From Bacteriovoracia bacterium (GTDB lineage Bacteria; Bdellovibrionota; UBA1018; JBFWNL01), in the NCBI GenBank assembly GCA_050251055.1, contig JBFWNL010000005.1:160001-224000 (forward strand): 64,000 nucleotides of DNA, written 5' to 3'. The position numbers were made by a program, and so were the translations under genes. A model generated the notes under the pieces. The model saw only the letters and a list, made by a program, of their open reading frames with translations, was not told the DNA's origin and searched no databases. Of the stretch, positions 36,729-46,579 are shown piece after piece (the first letter of the stretch is position 1; each line of letters begins with the position of its first letter).

Positions 36729-38132
36729 ATGGTTACGTCCAAGCAAGACTACGTCATTGCTGATATTAAACTCGCCGACTGGGGTCGCAAAGAAATCAAG
36801 ATCGCGGAAACTGAAATGCCGGGCTTGATGGCCATCCGCGAGGAGTTCGCCGCGAAGAAGCCGCTGAAGGGCGCGCGCATCACGGGCTCTTTGCACATGA
36901 CCATCCAGACCGCGGTGCTGATCGAAACCCTCACCGCGCTGGGTGCGGAAGTCCGCTGGGCTTCGTGCAACATCTTTTCGACCCAGGACCACGCCGCCGC
37001 CGCGATCGCCGCGACTGGCGTGCCGGTTTTCGCCGTGAAGGGCGAGTCGTTGAAGGATTATTGGGAATACACTCACCGCATTTTCGAATGGGCCGATGGT
37101 GGTCACTCGAACATGATCCTGGATGATGGCGGCGATGCGACGCTGCTTCTGCACCTAGGCGCGCGCGCGGAGAAGGACCAGTCGGTGCTCGCTAAGCCGA
37201 CTTCCGAAGAAGAAACGATCCTGTTCGCGGCCATCAAGGAAAAGCTGAAGGTTCACCCGACCTGGTACTCGAAGCGCCTCTCCCAGATTAAGGGCGTGAC
37301 CGAGGAAACCACCACGGGCGTCCACCGCTTGATCCAGATGCACGCCCGCGGTGAGCTGAAATTCCCCGCCATCAACGTGAACGATTCCGTGACCAAGTCG
37401 AAGTTCGACAACCTCTACGGCTGCCGCGAATCGCTGGTCGATGGCATCAAGCGCGCGACCGATGTGATGGTAGCGGGCAAGATCGCCGTCGTCGCCGGTT
37501 ACGGCGACGTGGGTAAGGGCTCGGCCCAGGCCCTGCGCGCCCTTTCGGCCCAGGTGTGGGTCACCGAAATTGATCCCATCTGCGCGCTGCAAGCCGCGAT
37601 GGAAGGTTATCGCGTGGTCACCATGGAATACGCCGCCGACAAGGCGGACATCTTCGTGACGACGACCGGCAACTTCCACGTCATCACCCATGACCACATG
37701 ATCAAGATGAAGAACAACTCGATCGTCTGCAACATCGGCCACTTCGACAACGAAATCGACGTTGCCTCGCTCGAGAAGTACAAGTGGGAAGAGATCAAGC
37801 CGCAGGTCGATCACGTGATCTTCCCGAACGGCAACCGCATCATCCTGCTCGCCAAGGGCCGCCTGGTGAACCTCGGTTGCGGCACGGGCCACCCAAGTTA
37901 CGTGATGTCGTCCTCGTTTGCGAACCAGACGATCGCGCAGATTGAATTGTTCTCGCATCCCGACCGTTACCCGCTCGGCGTGCACGTGCTGCCGAAGCAC
38001 CTGGACGAGAAGGTGGCGCGTTTGCAGCTCAAGAAGCTCAACGCCCAGCTCACCGTGTTGCGTGAAGATCAGGCGAAGTACATTCACGTGCCGATCGAAG
38101 GCCCTTACAAGCCGAATACCTATCGTTACTAG
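36729..38132 (+). CDS. ahcY: Adenosylhomocysteinase
   Basis: [39 protein letters not shown]. Confidence 0.98.
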   Translation: MVTSKQDYVIADIKLADWGRKEIKIAETEMPGLMAIREEFAAKKPLKGARITGSLHMTIQTAVLIETLTALGAEVRWASCNIFSTQDHAAAAIAATGVPVFAVKGESLKDYWEYTHRIFEWADGGHSNMILDDGGDATLLLHLGARAEKDQSVLAKPTSEEETILFAAIKEKLKVHPTWYSKRLSQIKGVTEETTTGVHRLIQMHARGELKFPAINVNDSVTKSKFDNLYGCRESLVDGIKRATDVMVAGKIAVVAGYGDVGKGSAQALRALSAQVWVTEIDPICALQAAMEGYRVVTMEYAADKADIFVTTTGNFHVITHDHMIKMKNNSIVCNIGHFDNEIDVASLEKYKWEEIKPQVDHVIFPNGNRIILLAKGRLVNLGCGTGHPSYVMSSSFANQTIAQIELFSHPDRYPLGVHVLPKHLDEKVARLQLKKLNAQLTVLREDQAKYIHVPIEGPYKPNTYRY

Positions 38133-38155
38133 TTTCCGGCATTAGTTAGAATCTG

Positions 38156-38192
38156 AAAGCCCCGGCCCGCGCGAGCGGGTTGGGGCTTTTTT
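38156..38192 (+). terminator. Rho-independent terminator
   Basis: AAAGCCCCGGCCCGC-GCGA-GCGGGTTGGGGCTTTTTT. Confidence 0.88.
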
Positions 38193-38198
38193 ATTGGA

Positions 38199-38828
38199 TC
38201 ACGGCCTGGCGTAATCGCAGTCCAGCGTCTCACCTTCGTAAATCATGGTGTTGTAGATGGCGCCGAAAGACGAAAAATCGGCGTCATCTACTTTTCCATC
38301 ATGGTTGAAGTCAAACTCGGCCGCGGCCGACTCCCATACGAACATGAAATCATAGAATTTATAAAAGCCGACGGCGTCCCGATCGTCGACTACCCGGTCT
38401 TCGTTGTAATCGCCGGGAAAGATGTCGAGCTTAATGGTCGGGGCGTACAGCATCTTGACGCAAGCCTCGCCGAACCCGGGGGGACTCTTTTCAAATTTGA
38501 GAAATACTTCGCCTTCGTCCGCGTGGACGTCCAGGGTGACCCCGGTTTGCCAGGTCGTGCGGACTTCGAGCGCGTCCCGGATTTGGCCGGCGTCGACGGC
38601 GTCGCGGTAGCGGAACCCATATACCGCGTCGGGCCGGTTCTCCAGGCGGTAGCTGCCTTGGCTTTGGATCTCGAAGTCCAGGTCCTGCGGTCCGACGGCG
38701 TAAGATGACCAGTAAAGCAGGGTGTTTGCCGCCCGGCCAGCGGGCGAGCGTTGCTGGATGGGCAGACCCAGCGTGCATGCTTGGCCAAGGAGCAGGACTA
38801 GGGCGGCGGCGAGATACGGGGCTTTCAT
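38199..38828 (-). CDS. Lipoprotein with dockerin-like twin EF-hand loops
   Basis: Lipobox GQAC; GDYNEDRVVDDRDA and DFNHDGKVDDADF. Confidence 0.7.
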   Translation of the reverse strand: MKAPYLAAALVLLLGQACTLGLPIQQRSPAGRAANTLLYWSSYAVGPQDLDFEIQSQGSYRLENRPDAVYGFRYRDAVDAGQIRDALEVRTTWQTGVTLDVHADEGEVFLKFEKSPPGFGEACVKMLYAPTIKLDIFPGDYNEDRVVDDRDAVGFYKFYDFMFVWESAAAEFDFNHDGKVDDADFSSFGAIYNTMIYEGETLDCDYARP

Positions 38829-38910
38829 GGCGTTTCCTCTTATAGGTCATTCTGCCTGCGCCGGAGACGAAGCTCGACTTCCGGGGACCTCGGCACGCAT
38901 AACCCGCTTT

Positions 38911-39420
38911 CTAGTGCTTTCTCGCTTTAAGGCGCTCGATCGCCAAGAGGCGCGACTTTGCCTTCAACCCCCCGGCGTAGCCTCCCAGCGTCCCATTTGA
39001 GGCAATGACGCGGTGACAGGGCATAACGATAGAAAAGGGGTTGCGCCCATTGGCTGACCCCACGGCACGCACCGCTCGTTCGTGATGAATTCTTCGGGCA
39101 AGGTCCCGGTAGGAGACCGTCCGGCCGTAGGGGATCCTGGCCAGTTCGGCCCAGACTTTACGCTGGAAAACGGTGCCGCCCGCGAAGTGGAGGGGGAGAT
39201 CAAAATTTTTCCGTTTCTTCGCGAAATATTCGCCAAGCTGTCGCTTGGCTCGCGCCAATATCCGCTTCGCGCCGGCCAAGTCGCGTCGATCGGTTGGCTC
39301 GCGGAGGTCGCTTCCCGCTCCGCGCGGTCGCCGCCAGTAGATTCCAGAAAGTCCCTTCGCGGTCGCCACGAGAAAGAGGGGGCCAACCGGGGAGTCATAG
39401 CGATGGCTCAATTGTTTCAT
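38911..39420 (-). CDS. ogt: O6-methylguanine-DNA methyltransferase
   Basis: RAVG.ANGRNP...PCHRVI...GGY.GG. Confidence 0.93.
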   Translation of the reverse strand: MKQLSHRYDSPVGPLFLVATAKGLSGIYWRRPRGAGSDLREPTDRRDLAGAKRILARAKRQLGEYFAKKRKNFDLPLHFAGGTVFQRKVWAELARIPYGRTVSYRDLARRIHHERAVRAVGSANGRNPFSIVMPCHRVIASNGTLGGYAGGLKAKSRLLAIERLKARKH

Positions 39421-40016
39421 TTTATTTTCCTTAGGGCGGATGGGGGTTGACGGTAACGCGCTTTGAACGCGTCGTTGAAACGGCGAATCGAGCGAAAGCC
39501 CGCCGCTAACGCGATTTCCGTGATCGGCTGTACCGTGGTGGTCACCAGGTGGTGGGCGTGCGCCAGTCGATGCGAGAAGGCCACCTGCTTTGGGGTTCGG
39601 CCCAATTCGGCGTTAAACAGCCGGCGCAAATGCCGCGCGCTCATACCGAAGCGGGCCGCGAATTGGTCCTCGTTCAGTTCCAACATTTCCAACGCCGCGT
39701 CGCCTTCCAGTAGCTTGAGCGCACGTTGAAGCACCGCCTTTGTGCCCACCCAAGCCGGTGAGTGCGGCCGGGTCTCCGGTCGGCACCGTCGGCAGGGTCG
39801 GTAGCCTGCCCGCTCGGCCGCGCGCCGCGTGAAAAAAAATTCGACATTCTCCCGCTTTGGGCGGGCAGGGCACACGGGGCGACAGTAGATTCCAGTCGTC
39901 TTCACGCCTACGAAAAACTTGCCGTCAAAGCGGACGTCCCGCGCGCGCATGGCGGCGTAGTAGCGGGCGTGAAGGGGGTCGCGGACGGAGCGAATGCTCG
40001 ACATACGGCGGACCAT
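39417..40016 (-). CDS. ada: Ada Zn-binding/AraC regulator (AdaA-like)
   Basis: RD..FDG.F; TTGIYCRP.C; GYRPC.RC.P; AraC HTH; ATGA overlap with ogt. Confidence 0.85.
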   Translation of the reverse strand: MVRRMSSIRSVRDPLHARYYAAMRARDVRFDGKFFVGVKTTGIYCRPVCPARPKRENVEFFFTRRAAERAGYRPCRRCRPETRPHSPAWVGTKAVLQRALKLLEGDAALEMLELNEDQFAARFGMSARHLRRLFNAELGRTPKQVAFSHRLAHAHHLVTTTVQPITEIALAAGFRSIRRFNDAFKARYRQPPSALRKIK

Positions 40017-40081
40017 ACGCCAAGCCCCCTGAAAAAAATAGCCATTTTCGGACAAGATCGTTTTGGGAACCGGGAAGGGCG

Positions 40082-40771
40082 CTACTCGTACACCTGGTTG
40101 CCGACGCGAACGTGCTTCACGTAGAGGATTTCGCAGGCACCGCCGCCTTGGTCGTCGCGCCGTAGGCTCGTGTTCCACTGGAATTCTTGGTGCCGCCGCG
40201 TGCCGGAAATGTTGACTAACCAGCCTTCGAGTTCGACGAGGTCGCCGACGGAAAGGCGTCGGATTGCTCGATCTATGTTTCGGTTGGCGGGAACAAGATG
40301 GTGATTGGAAGAAAGGAGGTAAACTTCCGAGCTGTTCAACGAGGCTCCCGGGTCGATGTAAAAGTGGTAAAACCGCTCGCCGTGATCGAACCGAAGGCCC
40401 GAGTCATGGGAGGGCGTCGCGAGTTTCCCCCAACCCAGGGCAACGTCGACGGGGCTGATGTGGCGTTGCCATTCCATGTAGTACGTACGGGTGGAAAGTA
40501 CGCGCGCGGCGACTCGATACGTGGCCACGGGTTGGGCTTGCAGATTTGCATCGGGAACGGAGAGGGGAATCGTTGTTTCGCCCGAAAGGGGAACTTGAGC
40601 GGGATCGGCCGATGCGTCTAGCGCACGGGTTTCGATGCGGGTGATCCGCGGGGTGCCCCGGGTCCAGGCACACCCGGACTGGTAGCACAGGTAGACGATA
40701 GTCCCGGCAAAGAGTCCGAGGAGAAGTTTGCCCATTTCCGGTATTGTAGAGCTGATCGTGATTGAATTCAA
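40082..40771 (-). CDS. Membrane-anchored hypothetical protein
   Basis: SPVD.ALGWG; N.HL.P; L.G.LV; W.TSL.R.D.G.GACE. Confidence 0.75.
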   Translation of the reverse strand: MNSITISSTIPEMGKLLLGLFAGTIVYLCYQSGCAWTRGTPRITRIETRALDASADPAQVPLSGETTIPLSVPDANLQAQPVATYRVAARVLSTRTYYMEWQRHISPVDVALGWGKLATPSHDSGLRFDHGERFYHFYIDPGASLNSSEVYLLSSNHHLVPANRNIDRAIRRLSVGDLVELEGWLVNISGTRRHQEFQWNTSLRRDDQGGGACEILYVKHVRVGNQVYE

Positions 40772-43700
40772 TCACGTGGGCCGACGACTCCGAACGCGAT
40801 GGGAACGAATCCCGCCTCTACGACCGCCGGAGCGTTCGCGGGGAGGATAAAGTTATTTTGTGCGGGCGCGACGAATCCTGGCTCGATGGCAAGTGAGTGG
40901 CCCGAGTCCATTTTCACGCGGATCTCATCGACATAGGTTTGCGAGGTCGGCAGGTCGAAGGAGAAGTAGGCGTTGAAATCGGCGTAGCCAATCAGAGAGT
41001 GATCGCTTTCAAAGTTCACGGGCCGACTTTCCTTGACCGATGAGTATACGATATTATGGGTAAACCAGTTGCCGGAAGGGATAAAGCCTAGGCCGGGTAT
41101 GATATTCGCGCTGGCATTCAGTCCGTACTGCCCGGATTCTGCGAAGATATTGTTCGTGATGCCGTTGCCGATACTTCGATGTAGGTTCATCGCCATGCGT
41201 CCGACGCCGTAAACGAGATTATCGCGCACGAGGAAGCCTTCGGAAGCTTCGTCTAAGTAGATGCCGGCTTGACCCTGGGCCGGAATCCAACAGGCGTAAA
41301 GGGCGGCGTCCAGATTGGCGGTTCCCCAAGCTTGCGCCGCTTGATATCCGTGAGGACATCCTTCCGTTTGGGTGATCGTGTTTACATAGACGCTTTGATG
41401 GCCGCGGCTGTACATTCCTCCGAACTGAAAATCGGCCACCTGGGTGGGCGTCGACGGGCGGTAACAGTAAAAAAGCGGCCAGTCGAGATTTTGGGTGCCG
41501 AGCGCTTGATGTGCGAGGTAACCCGTCGGACAACGATCTGTGCGGGTAATGGGGTTGGGGTGGATTACGACTTGCCCGTTGCTCCATCCGTAGCCGTACA
41601 TTCCGCCGAAGTCGTAGAGGGATGCGACCCCGGGCACGTGCGGACGCTGGCAGTAGTAGAGCGCGTGATCTTGGTTGTAAGTCCCTGCCGCCGCGGTTGC
41701 GGTATAGCCGCTTGGACAGCTGGCTTGCCCCGTGGCAGGATTCACGATCGGCGCGCCCCCGACGGTGTGCCCCCACATCCCCCCGAAATCGAGCCAATTG
41801 GCTTCAAGCTGCGGATCGAGCTTACGCACGTCGAATACGATGTTTTTTCGAATAATGCTCCCCGCCTGGGTACCCAAGGTGTAGATGCCGGCGCCATCCC
41901 GCAGTTCGCGCATCACGCGGAAAATACGGTTATTTTCGATGACCTGACTGCGCGCAGAAGTCACTTCGGGTCGCCAACGCCAGCCCACCGAGATGCCACT
42001 GTAAGGGCCATCGTGAATTTGGTTGTGGCTGATGGTCGCGTGATCGGTGATGAGAGCGGCGATGCCCACGCCTTCGCGGTACACGTGCCCGAAATGATGG
42101 ATACGATTGTCAGAGATTACATTGTCGATTGAAACGTCGTTGCTATTGCCACCTCCGATTTGGACGCCGCCGCCGGCGGCGTCGGTGATTTCATTGCGCT
42201 CGATCTTCAAGTCCCGACCGTACCCGTAGATCGCGTATCCACCTCCGACCCCACGAATCACGTTCCGACGAAATCCGATCTGGCGCGCGAAGCTGAAGGA
42301 AACGGGGCGCTCTTGTCCAGCGGCCGCCGCGGCTTGGCTTCCGGGGGCGCCCGTCGTGGGATTAAACCCCCAGTCGGAGTATTGAAAAGTCATATTCTCC
42401 CAGTTCAGATTGGAAACGAATTGGTAGGGAGGGTTGCCATTGCCTTGCATCAGGACGAATTCACGTAAAATGGGAACCAGTACTTGCATCGTCGTGGGAT
42501 CCTCGCCCGTGCGGGGCCAATACGAGAGCGTCCGGGAAGCAGGATCGAAATGCCATTCGCCAGGACTATCCAGGAAAGCTAGCGAGTTTTCGAGATAAAA
42601 ACGCGCGGGCCCGAACCAGTTAAAGGCGTTGTAGTTGAAGGCCGGCGAGGTTCCCGGATCGCCCATGACTTTGGCGAACGTGCCCGTGATTTGGGTGATG
42701 ACGTAGCGCGATTGCATCCATTCGTTGTTGGTGACGAGCTCGGTCTTTCCGGGGATCACATTCAATGCGGGCACGGCTCCTAGTCGGTACTTTAGTCCGC
42801 GAGCTTGGTTGGGCGCATCGAGCGGGCCGAGCGAGGGGAGCCAGCCCACGTTGGGAAAACGCGAGCGGATTGCCCGACGACCGTTGACGAAGAGGGAGCG
42901 GAAATCTTCGGGATAGACGCTCTCGGGTACGCGCACTTGGTAGATCGCGGGATTTGTCGGAGAGGGTTCAAAGCCACTAATGGATTTGGCGCCGGTCCAG
43001 CGCACCCATTCGCCGGGATAAGGTTGGTAAGTGATGGAATAGGAATCCGAGCCGGAGTCCAAGCTGGAAAGCGCGAAGACAGAAGTACGCAGGTAGTCTC
43101 CGCCCCGCACCACTACCTTAACGGGACGCGTGAGCGTGCCTTCGGCTTTGAGCGCGCGAATGGCGTCACGCGCGCGCTCAAGCGTCGCGAAGGGACCGTC
43201 GTTGACGGGATTACCTATCGGCGCAGGGTGTCTCCCGCTCCACGCGTCGTTCCCATTTTTCGCTACGAAGTACAAGGTATTGAGTTGGCTCACGGAGGCG
43301 GCAAGTGATCGCGAGCGTACGCAATATTTTAGCGAGTGATCCTTGCCTACGGTACCGAGCGTGGCCCACATGGAAAAGCCTATGGGGCAGCTGGGGGTAC
43401 CGATCGCCGGGTTAGGGTAGGCACCACCCTGCCGGTTTCCAAAGACTCCGCCGAAATCGTAACCCGAAAAGTCCAAAGACGCGGTCGCAGGGATATGGGG
43501 GCGATAACAATAGAACACTGGCCAGTCGAAGCCGCTGGTTCCGAGGATCTGTCGTTTCATGAACCCGTCCGGACACGATTCGCGGCCTGTGGCCGGGTTG
43601 GGATAGGCCCGACTTTCTCCGATCCAGTTTCCCCACGGAGTGTTGCCCGCGCCGTTTGCGTAGCCGAACATACCACCGAAGTCAAAGAACGGGGCCGCGC

Positions 43701-43917
43701 CCGCGGAACGTTGGCAAAGGTAAATCGCCCGATCAAGACCGGGAGTTCCAAATACCTGGGAAGGAGCATATCCGGCTGGACAGCTTTCCGCGTTTGTCGC
43801 GGGATTGGAATAGCCGGGTCCGTACATACCGCCGAAGTCCCAGTTCGCTTGCACGTTGTTCACAAAAACATACACAAAAATCTGCGCAAAGAGCGCACGT
43901 CTCAAGATTTTGCCCAT
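40768..43917 (-). CDS. Secreted right-handed beta-helix protein (GH141-like) with two 3x FGG-NP-CPxG modules
   Basis: Signal peptide; GPFATLERARDA, GEW.FD, DGAGIYTLG, GIYLDE; six Cys-containing repeats. Confidence 0.85.
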   Translation of the reverse strand: MGKILRRALFAQIFVYVFVNNVQANWDFGGMYGPGYSNPATNAESCPAGYAPSQVFGTPGLDRAIYLCQRSAGAAPFFDFGGMFGYANGAGNTPWGNWIGESRAYPNPATGRESCPDGFMKRQILGTSGFDWPVFYCYRPHIPATASLDFSGYDFGGVFGNRQGGAYPNPAIGTPSCPIGFSMWATLGTVGKDHSLKYCVRSRSLAASVSQLNTLYFVAKNGNDAWSGRHPAPIGNPVNDGPFATLERARDAIRALKAEGTLTRPVKVVVRGGDYLRTSVFALSSLDSGSDSYSITYQPYPGEWVRWTGAKSISGFEPSPTNPAIYQVRVPESVYPEDFRSLFVNGRRAIRSRFPNVGWLPSLGPLDAPNQARGLKYRLGAVPALNVIPGKTELVTNNEWMQSRYVITQITGTFAKVMGDPGTSPAFNYNAFNWFGPARFYLENSLAFLDSPGEWHFDPASRTLSYWPRTGEDPTTMQVLVPILREFVLMQGNGNPPYQFVSNLNWENMTFQYSDWGFNPTTGAPGSQAAAAAGQERPVSFSFARQIGFRRNVIRGVGGGYAIYGYGRDLKIERNEITDAAGGGVQIGGGNSNDVSIDNVISDNRIHHFGHVYREGVGIAALITDHATISHNQIHDGPYSGISVGWRWRPEVTSARSQVIENNRIFRVMRELRDGAGIYTLGTQAGSIIRKNIVFDVRKLDPQLEANWLDFGGMWGHTVGGAPIVNPATGQASCPSGYTATAAAGTYNQDHALYYCQRPHVPGVASLYDFGGMYGYGWSNGQVVIHPNPITRTDRCPTGYLAHQALGTQNLDWPLFYCYRPSTPTQVADFQFGGMYSRGHQSVYVNTITQTEGCPHGYQAAQAWGTANLDAALYACWIPAQGQAGIYLDEASEGFLVRDNLVYGVGRMAMNLHRSIGNGITNNIFAESGQYGLNASANIIPGLGFIPSGNWFTHNIVYSSVKESRPVNFESDHSLIGYADFNAYFSFDLPTSQTYVDEIRVKMDSGHSLAIEPGFVAPAQNNFILPANAPAVVEAGFVPIAFGVVGPRD
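41290..41796 (-). repeat. Internal protein repeat module 2 (3 units)
   Basis: DFGGMWG..NPATG..SCPSGY / DFGGMYG..NPIT..RCPTGY / QFGGMYS..NTIT..GCPHGY. Confidence 0.85.
43321..43842 (-). repeat. Internal protein repeat module 1 (3 units)
   Basis: DFGGMYG..NPATN..SCPAGY / DFGGMFG..NPATG..SCPDGF / DFGGVFG..NPAIG..SCPIGF. Confidence 0.85.
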
Positions 43918-43945
43918 CTTTGATCTCTCTCTTGAGCACGAAAGG

Positions 43946-43961
43946 AGCAAGGGGGGTGCCA
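43946..43961 (-). promoter_or_regulatory. sigma54 promoter (beta-helix gene)
   Basis: TGGCACCCCCCTTGCT, 29 nt upstream of ATG 43917. Confidence 0.78.
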
Positions 43962-44169
43962 GCTTGAACTGGCTTGTGCGAAGGCAGATGGAAGATCGTG
44001 GCTCACCGCTGCCTAAGGATCAAGCAGACGAACAGCTGACGCTACGTTCGTCGGGCGGGAGTGCCGTTTAAACGAATTGGCACGACCCAATCGACGACTC
44101 GCGATGAGGAAAGCTGGCTTCTGCTCAGAAAAAAATGTCCACACCTGTTCACGAGGGGATGGGAGGCGT

Positions 44170-45774
44170 CTAATCGCATTCGCGTAAATCGCTCGGGATC
44201 GTTTTCCGCCAGCTTCGGGAAGCACGGTATTTTCGATGGGAGGGTTCGCCGTCGGCGAAAAGCACGATCGTATACCCGTCGGCGGCCAAGCGAAAGCGAT
44301 CGCTTTGGGACATCTGGTAGCTTACGTCCACCCACGATTCATGGCCCGGCACTACGAGATCTGCGATTCGGTTCGGCTCCGTTGGCCAGCGTTCGGCGCT
44401 TTGTCCGCCGCGGAAATAGAACGTAGGGGAGAGAAGGTGCATTAAATCAGATTGGCGGGCTTCGGTGATGAAACGCGCTTCGGGGTATCGCGATCGCAGC
44501 ATTTCTAGCCAACGGAAGCAAGGCCAATCCACCCCGTTTGCGCCGGGAGGCTGGTAACAATAGGCGTCCAGTCCAATCTCACGGGCGCCAAGTTCATAGT
44601 ATGCGATGTCCATTTCCCGAAACGCTGCCGCCGTCGTAGATGGATCGGTCAGATTCAGGGGCGTGACTTCCGTGGGATTCCACGTGCGCATGATTTGAGT
44701 CGATCGTCCCCACCATAGCCCCAAAGAAACTTGCGTGGCTTCGCTCGCCGCTCGCAGAAGTGAGGCAGTCGCGTTCATGAGTGGAGTAAAGAACATTCCG
44801 GAGGCAAACTGAAACGGATAGTTGTAAGGCGATCGATCAAATAAACCAGAGGGAGCCCAAAGCATAGTCCGATGATAGCCGAGTGGCTCTTGCTCGCGCA
44901 GATGATTACTCCAGCCCAACCAACCTCTGCGGTCCGGACGCCGGGGGCCGTACGTGAATCCGCGGGGATTGTTTTGCACATCAATGTGGCCAGGTTCCGC
45001 GATCATGAACGGGAGCACGGGATCTCCGTCGCGTTCGTAGCGCACGGACCCGTATTTTTCACGAAAGTAGTCCCGGTAGGGGCGTAAGCCATGAATCCAT
45101 GGCTTGTTCACCGGGATTACACGAAGCGCGATTTCATAGTTTCGCGTTTCCCCCGGGGCGAGGTTTCCCTCGAGCACGTAGTCCATCACCCACTGCCGTC
45201 CATCTAGCCACCAGAGCAACACTGAAACGGGATGACGGTATTCCAAAAGCGGGTAGAGCAAGCTCGTAGCAAAGTGATAAGTGTCGCTCGAGATGACCTG
45301 GACCGGGCTGTAAGCATGATTGGGGTACTCCCATTCGGAGGCCAAGTAAAAAGGCTGGGTTGCGGAAGTCTGGGCCCGTTTCGGGCGCGCGTTCGCATAA
45401 CCCCCTACGTCCACGACCTTGATCTCACGCGGGAGTTGAATGCCGGAGATGCGGATGCTGCCGAGGGCGAGGGGCATTGATTCAGGATTCCGCAAGGTGA
45501 CTTCTGCGTTTACGCCATTCGGTACTTTACGGAAGCGGACATTCGCTTCGAGCTGTGTAATCGCGAGCGGATCCCGCGTCGAAACGATTGGGAGATTTCT
45601 TCGGCCCGTCGTATCGTGGAGAGAGAAGGTTTGGGGACCGTTGGAGTCGGTCTCAAGGCGTAGGGAGAGATAGGTTTGCGCCGGTTGACCGCAACCTACG
45701 GCGGCCTGGCTGACGGCGGGAAGCGCCCATCCTCCCCAGATCGCTATTAGTGTAAACCAAAGCACGCTCGGCAT
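44170..45774 (-). CDS. Secreted hypothetical protein, possibly glycoside-hydrolase-like
   Basis: Signal peptide; aromatic-rich; LGLWWG, IGLDAY, FITE motifs. Confidence 0.65.
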   Translation of the reverse strand: MPSVLWFTLIAIWGGWALPAVSQAAVGCGQPAQTYLSLRLETDSNGPQTFSLHDTTGRRNLPIVSTRDPLAITQLEANVRFRKVPNGVNAEVTLRNPESMPLALGSIRISGIQLPREIKVVDVGGYANARPKRAQTSATQPFYLASEWEYPNHAYSPVQVISSDTYHFATSLLYPLLEYRHPVSVLLWWLDGRQWVMDYVLEGNLAPGETRNYEIALRVIPVNKPWIHGLRPYRDYFREKYGSVRYERDGDPVLPFMIAEPGHIDVQNNPRGFTYGPRRPDRRGWLGWSNHLREQEPLGYHRTMLWAPSGLFDRSPYNYPFQFASGMFFTPLMNATASLLRAASEATQVSLGLWWGRSTQIMRTWNPTEVTPLNLTDPSTTAAAFREMDIAYYELGAREIGLDAYCYQPPGANGVDWPCFRWLEMLRSRYPEARFITEARQSDLMHLLSPTFYFRGGQSAERWPTEPNRIADLVVPGHESWVDVSYQMSQSDRFRLAADGYTIVLFADGEPSHRKYRASRSWRKTIPSDLRECD

Positions 45775-45866
45775 GGGCCCTCGGTGATAAAACCCCAGCC
45801 TAGGTCCCCACTGACGCGGCGATTTTTCATGGACAAATTTTAGCGGTCGGCGCATTCAGAGAGTCG

Positions 45867-46160
45867 ATGAATTCACGTGTGAATTGGCCTTCTTCTTTCC
45901 TCTGGATCGGGCGCATGGAGGGGATTTCACTCCTGCTTTTATTCTTTTTGGCCATGCCGCTGAAGTATCTGGCGGGCGAGCCCGCCGCGGTACGATGGGT
46001 GGGAGCCATTCACGGCGTGCTCTTTCTTGCTTATGTCTTCGCAGCCTTCAATCTCTCGGGGGCGCGGAGTTGGCCGGGGAGACTTCTGCTGATCTGCATG
46101 GTGCTTTCCTCGGTTCCCTTCGGTACTTTTTATTTTGAGCGAAAATACGGAAATCATTAG
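45867..46160 (+). CDS. DUF3817 membrane protein
   Basis: EG.S.L.L...AMPLKY; G..HG.LF..Y; PFG. Confidence 0.88.
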   Translation: MNSRVNWPSSFLWIGRMEGISLLLLFFLAMPLKYLAGEPAAVRWVGAIHGVLFLAYVFAAFNLSGARSWPGRLLLICMVLSSVPFGTFYFERKYGNH

Positions 46161-46237
46161 TTTTTCTAGCATTAAGAAATCAACACATCGCTTCCATTCT
46201 CTCCAAAGAAGCAGGGCTTAATCTGGTCTCAGAGGAA

Positions 46238-46534
46238 ATGGTCGATGAATCACTCAATTACGTCTACTCTGAAGCCCCCGATAGCTTTCACTCGTTTACC
46301 CGGGTGGACCACTCGCCTAGGGTTGTTTGCTTTGATGTTTGGGTGCCTATTTCTCCAGGACATGGGACCTCGGGAGGCAAGGTGGCTGTCCGGTCGGCCG
46401 TCAAGCATTTGGCGCAAGTGAGTGCGCCAAACGAGGCCCCAGCGCTCCAGGGGGTGTTCTCGCCGAAGTTGGTGGCTCGGCTACGTGAACTGGCGGCTGA
46501 CCGTCGAATTTTCGTCGCCGTTGGATCTAGATAA
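46238..46534 (+). CDS. Hypothetical protein
   Basis: AGAGG RBS; fills the gap; no recognisable motif. Confidence 0.35.
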   Translation: MVDESLNYVYSEAPDSFHSFTRVDHSPRVVCFDVWVPISPGHGTSGGKVAVRSAVKHLAQVSAPNEAPALQGVFSPKLVARLRELAADRRIFVAVGSR

Positions 46535-46579
46535 GTCCGCGTTCTCTGGTTTCGTTGTAATTCCGCCGATAAGCAGCTG

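Noticed and set aside
37155-38087. 310-aa ORF antisense to ahcY
   Set aside because: Shadow of a strongly codon-biased gene
40017-40178. N-terminal extension of the Ada ORF
   Set aside because: Overlaps the upstream gene; an RBS-like AGGGGG supports 40016
44078-44095. TGGCACG half-site (also near 63697)
   Set aside because: No GC at the -12 position and no suitably oriented gene
46546-46572. sigma28-like GCCGATAA upstream of the hybrid kinase (also TCCGATAA near 58990)
   Set aside because: No TAAA -35 element at canonical spacing; insufficient support
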